Source: a virus. From it: DNA of 64,000 nucleotides. A program made the translations under genes and the position numbers. The notes beneath the pieces are model-generated. The model saw nothing but the letters and a program-made list of their open reading frames with translations, made no database searches and had not been told where the DNA came from. The DNA lies in IMG/VR virus record IMGVR_UViG_3300044811_000050. One strand, 5' to 3'. Position 1 is the first letter of the stretch, and each line of letters opens with the position of its first letter. This document shows positions 29,628-37,550 of this stretch, piece by piece.

Positions 29628-31633
29628 GGGTCGCTAGCAATGACCTGCCCGGTGGCGCGGAGTTCCACTTCACCCCGAGCCCGGCCCGACACATCCACCA
29701 CGAGCTGGAGCTGCATGCCCGGGGCCAGCAGCTGGGCAAGCTCTCCTGGGGCCAGGACGGCGATATCAGCGGCGTGGAGGTGCACCACCAGCACCGGCGC
29801 CAGGGGATCGCCACCGCGCTCTACACCCGGGCGCACGAGCTGTCCCGCGAGCACCGCATCGAGCCGCCCGGCGCCTCGGTCTTCCAGACCGGCGCCGGCC
29901 ACGCCTTCCGGACCAGCTTCGACGTGGGCGAGCGGCCCGACGTCAGCCACATCCCCACCCACCTGCACCGAGGCGCCGGGGAGCACGACACCGACCTGCA
30001 CGAGCACCTGATCAAACACCACTACCCCGCCTCGGCGGACATGGTGCACAGCTGGGACCAAGAGACCGCCGAGAAGGCCCACGACCAGATCAGCCGGTTC
30101 AGCCCGTGCGGCTGGGGCAAGACCGGAGCGATGGAGGGCGACGCGATGGCAAGTGACGCCGACCAGCTCAAGTTCCACCACGAGGAGTGGCAGTCCGGCG
30201 GCTCGCTCTACCCGAACGAGGAGAGGATCACCGCGCACCACCCGGAGCGCGGCGCGGTGGGCTCCGTGCACTTCCTGCGGGGCAAGCGGATCAACTCACC
30301 GATCCTGATCAAGAAGCTGGATATCGGCAAAGATCACCGGCGGCGCGGTTACGGCTCGGCCCTGATGGACCAGCTCCAGGCCCAGTACCCGAAGGCCAAG
30401 ATCAACCACGGGGACCGCACCGACGACGGCAAGGCCTGGTGGAAGAGCTACGGCCAGGGCGCGGACCGGCGAGGTCGGACCAGCAGCCGCCCTTTTGACC
30501 ATGCGGCACGACTCGGCGACGGCCGGATCTGCCAGGGCTGTGCCGGGATCGGTGAGCTGCACGACGGTCACGAGTGTGGAGCTTGCGACGGGTCCGGCCG
30601 CGACCCCGAGTGCATCTGCGGCCGAGAGGTGGCCAAGCAACCCGGCGAGGACTGGTGGTCGCACCTGGACGGCTCGATCAGCCACGACTACGAGGACAAG
30701 GTGCCGCAGGACGAGCACGGCCCCCTCGGGGTGGCCGACTGCATGCGGATGCTGGGCAAGACCGAGCTGCCTACCAAGAGGCTGTTCGGCCCGACCTACG
30801 GACTCGACCACCGGCTGTTTGACGGGGACTGCCTGCGCGACGACGTCACCGAGTACGTGCTGGGCACCCTGGGTCGGTTCTGGGAGCCGCTGTACGGGCC
30901 GAACTGGCGCAAGTGGGCCCGGGTGTACCTGGCCGGCTCGGAGGCCTCTGAGTGGACCTCAGAGACGCTGGAGGGCAACAACGACTTCGATGTGCTGATC
31001 GGCATCGAGTACGACGACATGCGCGACGACATGAAATCCCGGCCGGGGCTGGACACGCTGTTCGGGATGATGAGCGACGAGCAGGTCACCAACGCGCTGA
31101 ACCAGCAGTTCCGGGCCGGGCTGATCCCGCACACCGACCCGGTGATGATCTCCATCGACGGCCAGGAGACCGGCCCCTGGAGCAACACCTGGTATGTGAA
31201 CCAGGACAGCTGGGACATCACCAAGATCAAGCCCTACGCGGCCTACGACGTCACCAACCACCGGTGGGCGGTGCGCCCGCCGCACCTGCCGAGTTGGGAT
31301 ATCAGCCAGTTCCCCGAGGGCCACGCGCTGGTGCAGGAATGCAAGGCGGTGGAGGCCTACGTGCGCGCCGTGCTGCGCCTGCCCGAGCCTTACCGGGCCC
31401 AGCAGGCCGACTCGCTCTGGAAGCACCTGCACGGTGACCGCAGCCGGGCGTTCGGCCCGCAGGGCGAGGGCTGGTACGACCCGGGCAACGTGCTGGAGAA
31501 GTTCCTGGACCAGAAGGGCATCTGGGAGCCCCTCGCCCAGGCCCACTTCGACGCGGTGGCCGACCCCAGCCGGCTGCTCGCTCCGAGTGACTGGTCGAAC
31601 GACCCCGTCTCGGTTACGGCGCCGCCTCGTTGA
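29624..31633 (+). CDS. Multidomain protein: two GNAT domains, Zn-binding segment, Pol-beta nucleotidyltransferase
   Basis: VHHQHRRQGIATALY and IGKDHRRRGYGSALM acetyl-CoA motifs; CxxCxGxG twice; LAGS..DFDVLI. Confidence 0.75.
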   Translation: MRVASNDLPGGAEFHFTPSPARHIHHELELHARGQQLGKLSWGQDGDISGVEVHHQHRRQGIATALYTRAHELSREHRIEPPGASVFQTGAGHAFRTSFDVGERPDVSHIPTHLHRGAGEHDTDLHEHLIKHHYPASADMVHSWDQETAEKAHDQISRFSPCGWGKTGAMEGDAMASDADQLKFHHEEWQSGGSLYPNEERITAHHPERGAVGSVHFLRGKRINSPILIKKLDIGKDHRRRGYGSALMDQLQAQYPKAKINHGDRTDDGKAWWKSYGQGADRRGRTSSRPFDHAARLGDGRICQGCAGIGELHDGHECGACDGSGRDPECICGREVAKQPGEDWWSHLDGSISHDYEDKVPQDEHGPLGVADCMRMLGKTELPTKRLFGPTYGLDHRLFDGDCLRDDVTEYVLGTLGRFWEPLYGPNWRKWARVYLAGSEASEWTSETLEGNNDFDVLIGIEYDDMRDDMKSRPGLDTLFGMMSDEQVTNALNQQFRAGLIPHTDPVMISIDGQETGPWSNTWYVNQDSWDITKIKPYAAYDVTNHRWAVRPPHLPSWDISQFPEGHALVQECKAVEAYVRAVLRLPEPYRAQQADSLWKHLHGDRSRAFGPQGEGWYDPGNVLEKFLDQKGIWEPLAQAHFDAVADPSRLLAPSDWSNDPVSVTAPPR

Positions 31634-31673
31634 GCGGAGTGTGACCGGCTCCCCGACCTGGAAATGGTTCCCC

Positions 31674-31835
31674 ATGAAGATCAAAGTTCAGATCCTCGGT
31701 TTCACCATCGTCTCGCTGAGTATCGAGCGCGGCGAGGACGGCACCTTGGAGAACCTCGGCGAGATCGCCGACAACATGGCCGAGTTCGCCCGCTCCCCGA
31801 TCGGCGGCTGGTGGCACCGCCGCCACCGCGACTGA
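31674..31835 (+). CDS. Small hypothetical protein
   Basis: ATG 31674 MKIKVQILGFTIVSLSIE..; fills the gap. Confidence 0.45.
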   Translation: MKIKVQILGFTIVSLSIERGEDGTLENLGEIADNMAEFARSPIGGWWHRRHRD

Positions 31836-31845
31836 CCCCGAGGAC

Positions 31846-32340
31846 ATGACCATGACCGCTCCCCCACCCGGCACCATCGGCCTGACCTCCACCCCCGACC
31901 TGAGCGGTGCGATCATCCGGCTCGGCACCCGGTCCCCGATCAACCACGTGTTCATCGTGCTGGCCGGTGGGCAACTGTTCGAGGCCCGCCCGTCCGGCGC
32001 CGGACTCAACAATCTGTCCCGCTACCCGCACGCCAGCTTCCGCACCGACATCATCCCCACCGACGAACAACGCGGCGCCATCATCGCCAGCGTGACCGGG
32101 CTGATGGGCACGCCGTACAACTGGTTGGACATCGCCGCGCTGAGCTGGTGGTGCCTGACCGGCAACCGGGTGCCGGTGAAGGTGCAGCGGCGGATCGAGG
32201 ACACCAAGACGTTGATCTGCTCGCAGCTGGTGGATCTGGTCTACGAGCGCGCGGGTATCCACCTGTTCGATGACGGCCGGCTGCCCGGCGCGGTCACCCC
32301 GGGCGACCTGATTGACTGCGTGCCGGTGCTCGCGGCCTGA
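31846..32340 (+). CDS. Permuted papain-like amidase (YiiX/YebB NlpC/P60 family)
   Basis: INHVFIV (His) precedes GTPYNW and LICSQLV (Cys); VTPGDL. Confidence 0.8.
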   Translation: MTMTAPPPGTIGLTSTPDLSGAIIRLGTRSPINHVFIVLAGGQLFEARPSGAGLNNLSRYPHASFRTDIIPTDEQRGAIIASVTGLMGTPYNWLDIAALSWWCLTGNRVPVKVQRRIEDTKTLICSQLVDLVYERAGIHLFDDGRLPGAVTPGDLIDCVPVLAA

Positions 32341-32360
32341 GGGACCCCGGACACACAAAC

Positions 32361-32382
32361 AGCCCCGCGATCCCCCGGGGCT
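32361..32382 (+). terminator. Probable intrinsic terminator
   Basis: AGCCCCG..CGGGGCT hairpin after stop codon. Confidence 0.5.
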
Positions 32383-32513
32383 GCTTGTGCTGAGATTTTG
32401 ATGCAAGGAGCGATTTACAGGGTAGGGACCGACAATTGATCTATGTCGTCGGGGGTGTGTCGGGTACATTGAGCGCTAGTTCGTATCCGACCCATCCGAA
32501 CCGGAGGATGACC

Positions 32514-32909
32514 ATGAGCATGCCGTTGTTCCAGGGTGTCATGGGCGCAGAGCCCTATGAGCCACCCGACTATGACGAGATCGAACGCGAGCAGGATCGG
32601 GTCGACGCCAGGGAGCGGCGCCCGACGCGCCGGGTCTCCTACACCCCCGCCCCGGTGTCCGAGGACGAGCTGGCCCAGATCAAAGAGGACATGCGCCTCA
32701 CCCGGACCCAGATCACCCCGGACACCCTGCGCCACGCGCTGGAGGCCGAGGAGATCCGCAAGGCGCTGCGCCATTTCGGCATCCGCTCGCTCCGCAAGGT
32801 CTCCGCCACCCGAGACTTCCAAGGCGTGGTGAAGCTGACCTTCGACGAGTTCCGCGTGCTGGTGGAGCGGCTGCTGCAAGAAGCCTCGGTATCTGAGAAA
32901 GACGACTGA
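32514..32909 (+). CDS. Hypothetical protein
   Basis: CCGAACCGGAGG leader upstream. Confidence 0.7.
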   Translation: MSMPLFQGVMGAEPYEPPDYDEIEREQDRVDARERRPTRRVSYTPAPVSEDELAQIKEDMRLTRTQITPDTLRHALEAEEIRKALRHFGIRSLRKVSATRDFQGVVKLTFDEFRVLVERLLQEASVSEKDD

Positions 32910-32943
32910 AACCCTGGGTGGTCCTCAGGTGAGCGTTTAAGGT
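32902..32943 (+). promoter_or_regulatory. Repeat promoter/operator element (degenerate)
   Basis: ACGAC-TGAAACCCTGGGTGGTC-CTCAG-N9-TAAGGT. Confidence 0.55.
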
Positions 32944-32975
32944 CAATGACTCATGCGCTCCCCGGAGGATCTTCC

Positions 32976-33233
32976 ATGTCGCAGAACTACCGCTGGGTCC
33001 TGACGCACGCCGAGGCCGACACCGGGCACTACGCCCGCGCTGACCAGCAGCCTGGCCATCGGTCGATGTGCGGCGAGGCCACCATCGGGCCGGACTGGAA
33101 CGGGCCGGTCGACGAGTACGACCGGCCCGCCGGGGTGCTCGCCTGCGGGCCCTGTGTGGTGGAGAAGATGGCCGACGCCGGGCAAATCAAACTGGTCCGC
33201 ACCACCGGCCGTCGGATGATTCCTGCCGGCTGA
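32976..33233 (+). CDS. Small zinc-finger-like protein
   Basis: CCGGAGG RBS; H..MCG..CGPC. Confidence 0.65.
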   Translation: MSQNYRWVLTHAEADTGHYARADQQPGHRSMCGEATIGPDWNGPVDEYDRPAGVLACGPCVVEKMADAGQIKLVRTTGRRMIPAG

Positions 33234-33329
33234 GCGTTACCCTCCGCGCTATCAGTCGTTGTGATCAAGGTAATGGTCTATTGATCACACGCGATAGCAA
33301 GGGAAGCTCCCCGCTCCCCCGGAGGGATC

Positions 33330-33803
33330 ATGACTCGTAACATCCGACTGGCCGCCGCCGGACTAGTGGTGGCCTTCGTAGTGGTCATCCTGGGTGTGGT
33401 CTCCCTGGTCCAGGCCCCCGCCGCCAGGGCAGACACCACCCTGATCAACGTCTGCAAGGCGACCAACCTGTCCGAGGTCAACCAGGCCATCGGGGACTCC
33501 ACGATCGACAACACCCTGGCCCTGGTGGATGTCCAGCTCAAGCCGATCACCGACCTGGTGGTCAAGGTCGGCGACACGGTGAAGGTCCGGGACGGGGTGA
33601 CCCTGACCGACGTGTTGGCCAAGCTGAAGTGCGAGACCACCGAGGTCACCACCACCGAGACCCCGACCCCGACCACGCACCACAAGCGTCATCACCACCA
33701 CTCGTCCAGCTCGCCCAGCAGCTCGTCGTCCAGCTCGTCGAGCAGCAGCTCCAGCGGCCCGGTGACCGCGCCTCCGGTGGGTGGGGCGGAGACCGGCGGA
33801 TGA
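33330..33803 (+). CDS. Secreted protein, probable class F sortase substrate
   Basis: Signal peptide (ARA-D), Thr/His/Ser-rich linker, C-terminal PVGGAETGG; overlaps sortase start. Confidence 0.75.
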   Translation: MTRNIRLAAAGLVVAFVVVILGVVSLVQAPAARADTTLINVCKATNLSEVNQAIGDSTIDNTLALVDVQLKPITDLVVKVGDTVKVRDGVTLTDVLAKLKCETTEVTTTETPTPTTHHKRHHHHSSSSPSSSSSSSSSSSSSGPVTAPPVGGAETGG

Positions 33804-34411
33804 GGGCGGCGCTCGCGGGCCTGGTTGCCCTGCTGAGCGTCGCTCTGGCCGGCTGTGGGGGTTTGCCGCCGGTGGCCGGCCCGAGCAGCTCCACGGTCAG
33901 CACAGCGCCGACGGTGGCCGTTCAGCCGCTGGTCCCACCGCAGCAGGTCGAGGTCCCTAAGATCAATGTCTCCCAGGGTCTAGTGGCCACCGGGCTCAAC
34001 CAGGACAAGACCGCCGAGGTGCCGCCGGTCACCCAGCCGTTGCAGGCCAGCTACCTGGACTGGGCGGACACCCAGGCGCCGATCCGGCCGATCGTGATCT
34101 TCGGACACATCAACGGGCGCAACGCCGCTGGTGACCATGTGCCAGGGATCTTCGCCCACCTGGGCCAACTGGCGGCCGGCGACGACGTCATCGTGCGCTT
34201 CGCCGACCAGTCGGTGCAGTACTACAAGGTGACCCGGGTCGAGCAGGTGCCCAAGTCAGGATTCCCGACCGACGAGGTGTATGGCCCGCCGCAGGGGCTG
34301 CCGGCCGATGTCCCGGCGCGCTCGCAGATCCGGCTGATCACCTGCACCGGGTTGTTCGACCCCGGGTCCCGCAGCTACAAGGACAACCTGATCGTTTATG
34401 CCCAGCAGTAA
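33800..34411 (+). CDS. Class F sortase (lipoprotein)
   Basis: Lipobox LAGC; IFGHING, GIFAHLGQLAAGD, KSGFPTDEVYG, RLITCTG.FD..YKDNLIVYA. Confidence 0.9.
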   Translation: MRAALAGLVALLSVALAGCGGLPPVAGPSSSTVSTAPTVAVQPLVPPQQVEVPKINVSQGLVATGLNQDKTAEVPPVTQPLQASYLDWADTQAPIRPIVIFGHINGRNAAGDHVPGIFAHLGQLAAGDDVIVRFADQSVQYYKVTRVEQVPKSGFPTDEVYGPPQGLPADVPARSQIRLITCTGLFDPGSRSYKDNLIVYAQQ

Positions 34412-34522
34412 AGATCGAGTCGCCGGGTTGTAGGGCCGCCGACGCACGCTCTTATGTGCTCTGTAGATGAGCTGCCCTCGGGCACCCCACGAGGTTCATT
34501 CGATCGGAGCAGAGACGACTGG

Positions 34523-34564
34523 CTGACGGAATGACTTGGTCCTGTCAACCTCAGGCGGTACGGT
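34523..34564 (+). promoter_or_regulatory. Repeat promoter/operator element
   Basis: CTGAC-N16-GTCAA-N10-TACGGT, then CCGAACCGAACCGGAGG. Confidence 0.75.
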
Positions 34565-34606
34565 AGGTCGACCAAGCTCTTTCCGAACCGAACCGGAGGT
34601 TCTCTG

Positions 34607-34948
34607 ATGACCCGATCCATCGTTGCCGTCGACCCCGACGCGTTGACCACCTACGTGCGCCGCACCCAGATCGCTGTGCGGGTACATGCCCGCGACGGCT
34701 TCGTGGTCGGCACCCTGATCCGCGTGAAGTACACCCCCGAGGGCGCCACGAAGGATGCCCTGCGGTGGGCGGCCCGCTGCTCCCCGATGGCGTTCTCCAC
34801 CAGCGGACTGGGCATCGTGCCCAAGTCGCTCTACGCGCCGGTGCCGGGTTCGGTCTACTTGCCCGGGCGGCACACCACCCAGCTGGCCGCCCAGCTGGAG
34901 CTGGAGAGCTACCTGCGCGAGCGCGACGCGCCCGGCCTGGGCACCTGA
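34607..34948 (+). CDS. Hypothetical protein
   Basis: Follows repeat promoter and leader. Confidence 0.7.
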   Translation: MTRSIVAVDPDALTTYVRRTQIAVRVHARDGFVVGTLIRVKYTPEGATKDALRWAARCSPMAFSTSGLGIVPKSLYAPVPGSVYLPGRHTTQLAAQLELESYLRERDAPGLGT

Positions 34949-34968
34949 CAGAACCGCTGACCTGCACA

Positions 34969-35010
34969 ATGACAAAAAGCCTTGCCGCTGGCAGGGTGGT
35001 CGTGTAGCTT
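34969..35010 (+). promoter_or_regulatory. Repeat promoter/operator element driving the tRNA array
   Basis: ATGAC-AAAAAGCCTTGCCGCT-GGCAG-N10-TAGCTT. Confidence 0.7.
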
Positions 35011-35087
35011 GATCTAGCGGGACCGACGGCGCGGACGCTGCCAGAGCACGAAACCTGGTTGCGTCCGCTCCGTAAGCTCGCACACAA

Positions 35088-35161
35088 CGGGACGTAGGCC
35101 AATTTGGCAGGCCACCGGTTTCGGGAACCGGAGACTGGAGGTTCGAGTCCTCCCGCCCCGA
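35088..35161 (+). tRNA. tRNA-Pro(CGG)
   Basis: Cloverleaf; CCGGT-TTCGGGA-ACCGG; TTCGAGT. Confidence 0.9.
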
Positions 35162-35172
35162 CGCTAGAGCAA

Positions 35173-35256
35173 GGCCCTGTGGCGAAATTGGCAGACGCGC
35201 TGGATTCAGGATCCAGTTCCCGGGAGGGAGTGCGGGTTCAACCCCCGCTGGGGTCA
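35173..35256 (+). tRNA. tRNA-Leu(CAG)
   Basis: CTGGA-TTCAGGA-TCCAG; long variable arm. Confidence 0.9.
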
Positions 35257-35274
35257 CGCGAGACAACTGAACAC

Positions 35275-35346
35275 GCCGATTTAGCTCAGCGGAAGAGCGG
35301 CTGCCCTACAAGCAGCGGGCCGGGAGTTCGATCCTCTCAATCGGCA
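35275..35346 (+). tRNA. tRNA-Val(TAC), C at position 33
   Basis: GCTGC-CCTACAA-GCAGC; acceptor GCCGATT/AATCGGC. Confidence 0.85.
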
Positions 35347-35391
35347 CTAGGGTCATACGCGCCCTATGTTTCATGACAACTCCATCCACTT

Positions 35392-35464
35392 GGGGCCTTA
35401 GCTCATCTGGTAGAGCGCCTGTTTTGCAAACAGGAGGCGCCCGGTTCAAGCCCGGGAGGTTCCA
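35392..35464 (+). tRNA. tRNA-Ala(TGC)
   Basis: CCTGT-TTTGCAA-ACAGG; G3-U70 pair. Confidence 0.92.
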
Positions 35465-35563
35465 CGAGGTGCTGCGCTGGGCAGTACATGCCAGCGGCCA
35501 ATACGACCACTCCTCCACGGAGGGTGGCGTCGGCCGTATCCCCCTCGGGGGAACCCAGCCCCC

Positions 35564-35637
35564 GTCCTCGTAGCTCAGACGGATAGAGCGTCAGTTTCCG
35601 AAACTGAAGGCCGCAGGTTCGAGTCCTGCTGAGGGCA
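35564..35637 (+). tRNA. tRNA-Arg(CCG)
   Basis: TCAGT-TTCCGAA-ACTGA. Confidence 0.92.
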
Positions 35638-35706
35638 CAACGGCCGAGGTGGGCGGCCGGTCTCCTCCGTTGGAGAGGACAAGGGTCTCAGACTCCCCAC
35701 CACCAC

Positions 35707-35781
35707 GCCTCCGTAGCTCAGCTTGGTCAGAGCGGCGCACTAGTAATGCGCGGGTCCGGGGTTCGAATCCTCGCGGTGGCT
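35707..35781 (+). tRNA. tRNA-Thr(AGT)
   Basis: GCGCA-CTAGTAA-TGCGC; canonical D and T arms. Confidence 0.88.
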
Positions 35782-35856
35782 CGTTCCGTAGCCGGTGCCC
35801 TGGGCGCCGGCTTCCAGCCATCGGCCCTGATGGTGCGGAGTACCAGGGCCATCCAT

Positions 35857-35930
35857 GGGGTACTAGCTCATCTGGCTAGAGCGTCTCTCTTCCAAAGAGA
35901 AGGTGCGGGGTTCGAGACCCCGGTGCCCCT
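35857..35930 (+). tRNA. tRNA-Gly(TCC)
   Basis: TCTCT-CTTCCAA-AGAGA; U73. Confidence 0.88.
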
Positions 35931-35955
35931 CAAACGCTCGTGCGCACGAGCGTCA

Positions 35956-35999
35956 GCCGGGTCGTGGGTTCAATTCCCTGCTGGTTGCAGCGACTCGGC
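35956..35999 (+). ncRNA. Candidate minimal tRNA-elbow mimic (T-loop then D-like loop)
   Basis: GCCGGGTCG/CGACTCGGC stem enclosing GGG-TTCAATT-CCC and TGC-TGGTT-GCA. Confidence 0.4.
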
Positions 36000-36006
36000 G
36001 CTCCAA

Positions 36007-36080
36007 GACCTCGTAGATCAATCTGGTAGATCACCTGGCTCTCAACCAGGAGGCTGCGGGTTCAAATCCCGTCGGGGTCA
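36007..36080 (+). tRNA. tRNA-Glu(CTC)
   Basis: CCTGG-CTCTCAA-CCAGG. Confidence 0.92.
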
Positions 36081-36102
36081 CATACGACCGCAAGGGGGTG
36101 AT

Positions 36103-36525
36103 ATGCCGTACAAGGATCCAGCTCAACAGCTCGCTTACCAGAACGCTTGGATGCAACGGCGGCGACAGGAATGGATTGAGGAGAACGGTCCATGTGTGGA
36201 CTGTGGCTCCCAGGAAGATCTTACCGTTGATCACAAAGATGCTAGCGAGAAAATCACTCATCGTGTTTGGAGTTGGTCTCAGCCTCGTCGTGATGAAGAG
36301 CTAGCTAAGTGTGTGGTGAGGTGCGAGTCCTGCCACAAGGTGAAGACCCGGTTGAATCGGGAGACTGGAGGCGGGCAGAGTAGCGCCTCGATTGAGGTTG
36401 CTAGGGAGATTCGCCGGCTGTATGCCAGAGGTGGCGTGAGGCAGACGGATCTGGCTCGACAGTTCAGGATTTCTCAGCGAGCCGTTTCGGATATTATTAC
36501 GAATCGTCGCTGGGTAGAATTTTGA
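36103..36525 (+). CDS. HNH homing endonuclease with C-terminal HTH, inside tRNA array
   Basis: CVDCGSQEDLTVDHKD..KCVVRCESCHKVKT; QTDLARQFRISQRAVSDIITNRRW; GGGGTG RBS. Confidence 0.88.
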   Translation: MPYKDPAQQLAYQNAWMQRRRQEWIEENGPCVDCGSQEDLTVDHKDASEKITHRVWSWSQPRRDEELAKCVVRCESCHKVKTRLNRETGGGQSSASIEVAREIRRLYARGGVRQTDLARQFRISQRAVSDIITNRRWVEF

Positions 36526-36532
36526 TACGCAC

Positions 36533-36610
36533 AGCGCAGTTGCTCTGATGGATAGGGGCGGCCTGCCTTTCAAGCAGGATACGACGCGGGTTCGAGTCCC
36601 GTCTGCGCTA
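36533..36610 (+). tRNA. tRNA-Glu(TTC), atypical
   Basis: CCTGC-CTTTCAA-GCAGG; A1-U72; enlarged D and variable regions. Confidence 0.8.
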
Positions 36611-36690
36611 CGAAGGGTCTCGCGCTGGGCGCGACCTGTTCGGCCCGGGGTTCGCGCCTCCACCGAGCTGGCCAGTCGGGACCCTGTTAC

Positions 36691-36764
36691 GGGCATGTAG
36701 CTCAGCTGGTTAGAGCGCGTCGCTGATAACGACGAGGCCGCAGGTTCAAATCCTGCTGTGCCCA
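36691..36764 (+). tRNA. tRNA-Ile(GAT)
   Basis: CGTCG-CTGATAA-CGACG. Confidence 0.93.
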
Positions 36765-36776
36765 CGCAAGGAACAC

Positions 36777-36848
36777 ACCCCGGTAGCTCAGAGGAAGAGC
36801 ATCCGCCTCTTAAGCGGAGGGTCGAGATTTCGAAATTCTCTCGGGGTA
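36777..36848 (+). tRNA. tRNA-Lys(CTT)
   Basis: TCCGC-CTCTTAA-GCGGA; T53-T61 mismatch. Confidence 0.85.
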
Positions 36849-36899
36849 CTAGCGGCACGGTCAGCTGCTTGCTGACGGCAGAGATCGCGCCGCTTTCAC

Positions 36900-36972
36900 G
36901 TCCTGCTAGCTAAATGGATACAGCGCCTGATTACGGATCAGGAGAGTGGGGGTTCGAGTCCCTCGCAGGACA
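36900..36972 (+). tRNA. tRNA-Arg(ACG)
   Basis: CCTGA-TTACGGA-TCAGG. Confidence 0.92.
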
Positions 36973-36976
36973 CTTT

Positions 36977-37051
36977 GCCTCCGTAGCTCAGTCCGCGCAG
37001 AGCCACGTGCTTTTACCACGAGGGTCGGGGGTTCGAATCCCTCCGGGGGCA
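36977..37051 (+). tRNA. tRNA-Lys(TTT), atypical D loop
   Basis: CGTG-CTTTTAC-CACG; D loop lacks GG. Confidence 0.8.
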
Positions 37052-37056
37052 CGCAA

Positions 37057-37140
37057 GACCTGGTGGCGTAATTGGCAGGCGCGCCGGATTCAAGCTCCGG
37101 TGTCCGTAAGGACGTGTGGGTTCAACTCCCACCCGGGTCA
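37057..37140 (+). tRNA. tRNA-Leu(CAA)
   Basis: CCGGA-TTCAAGC-TCCGG; variable arm GTCC-GTAA-GGAC. Confidence 0.9.
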
Positions 37141-37153
37141 CGCAGCACATTAT

Positions 37154-37228
37154 GGGAGCGAGCGCAGGCTGAGTCGACTGGTCTCCAAAGCCGGTTCGTG
37201 CGGGGTTCGAATCCTCCCGCTCCCGCCA
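37154..37228 (+). tRNA. tRNA-Trp(CCA), atypical D arm
   Basis: CTGGT-CTCCAAA-GCCGG; encoded CCA. Confidence 0.8.
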
Positions 37229-37229
37229 T

Positions 37230-37301
37230 TCCGGTGTAGCTCAGCGGCAGAGCCCTCGATTGTTAATCGAGTACGCGTAGGTTCGAATCCTTCCACCGGA
37301 G
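37230..37301 (+). tRNA. tRNA-Asn(GTT)
   Basis: CTCGA-TTGTTAA-TCGAG. Confidence 0.92.
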
Positions 37302-37303
37302 CT

Positions 37304-37380
37304 GTGAGTGAAGCCGAAGGAGACGAGGCGCCGGGTTGTGGACCCGGTCGAAGCGGAGGCAGGTTCCGTCACTCACCCCA
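37304..37380 (+). tRNA. tRNA-His(GTG), non-canonical T loop
   Basis: CCGGG-TTGTGGA-CCCGG; T loop GGCAGGT; C73; encoded CCA; no G-1. Confidence 0.8.
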
Positions 37381-37381
37381 C

Positions 37382-37460
37382 GCCGACGCGCATTGGCGAG
37401 CAAAGCGGACTGTAACTCCGTGGCCTTCGGGCCTTGCAGGTTCGACTCCTGACGGCGGCA
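37382..37460 (+). tRNA. tRNA-Tyr(GTA), atypical D arm
   Basis: GCGGA-CTGTAAC-TCCGT; variable arm GGCC-TTCG-GGCC. Confidence 0.82.
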
Positions 37461-37473
37461 CGCAAGATCACAT

Positions 37474-37549
37474 TAGGCAGCGGGTTGCCGGCATCCCATC
37501 CTGGTTCTGAGCCAGGGCCACGTAGGTTCGAGTCCTACCTGCCTAGCCA
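37474..37549 (+). tRNA. tRNA-Gln(CTG), atypical
   Basis: TCCTGG-TTCTGAG-CCAGGG; TAGGCAG/CTGCCTA; encoded CCA. Confidence 0.82.
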
Positions 37550-37550
37550 A

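Noticed and set aside
33650-33756. CAC/AGC/TCC low-complexity repeats
   Set aside because: They encode the Thr/His/Ser linker of the sortase substrate; not an independent repeat element.
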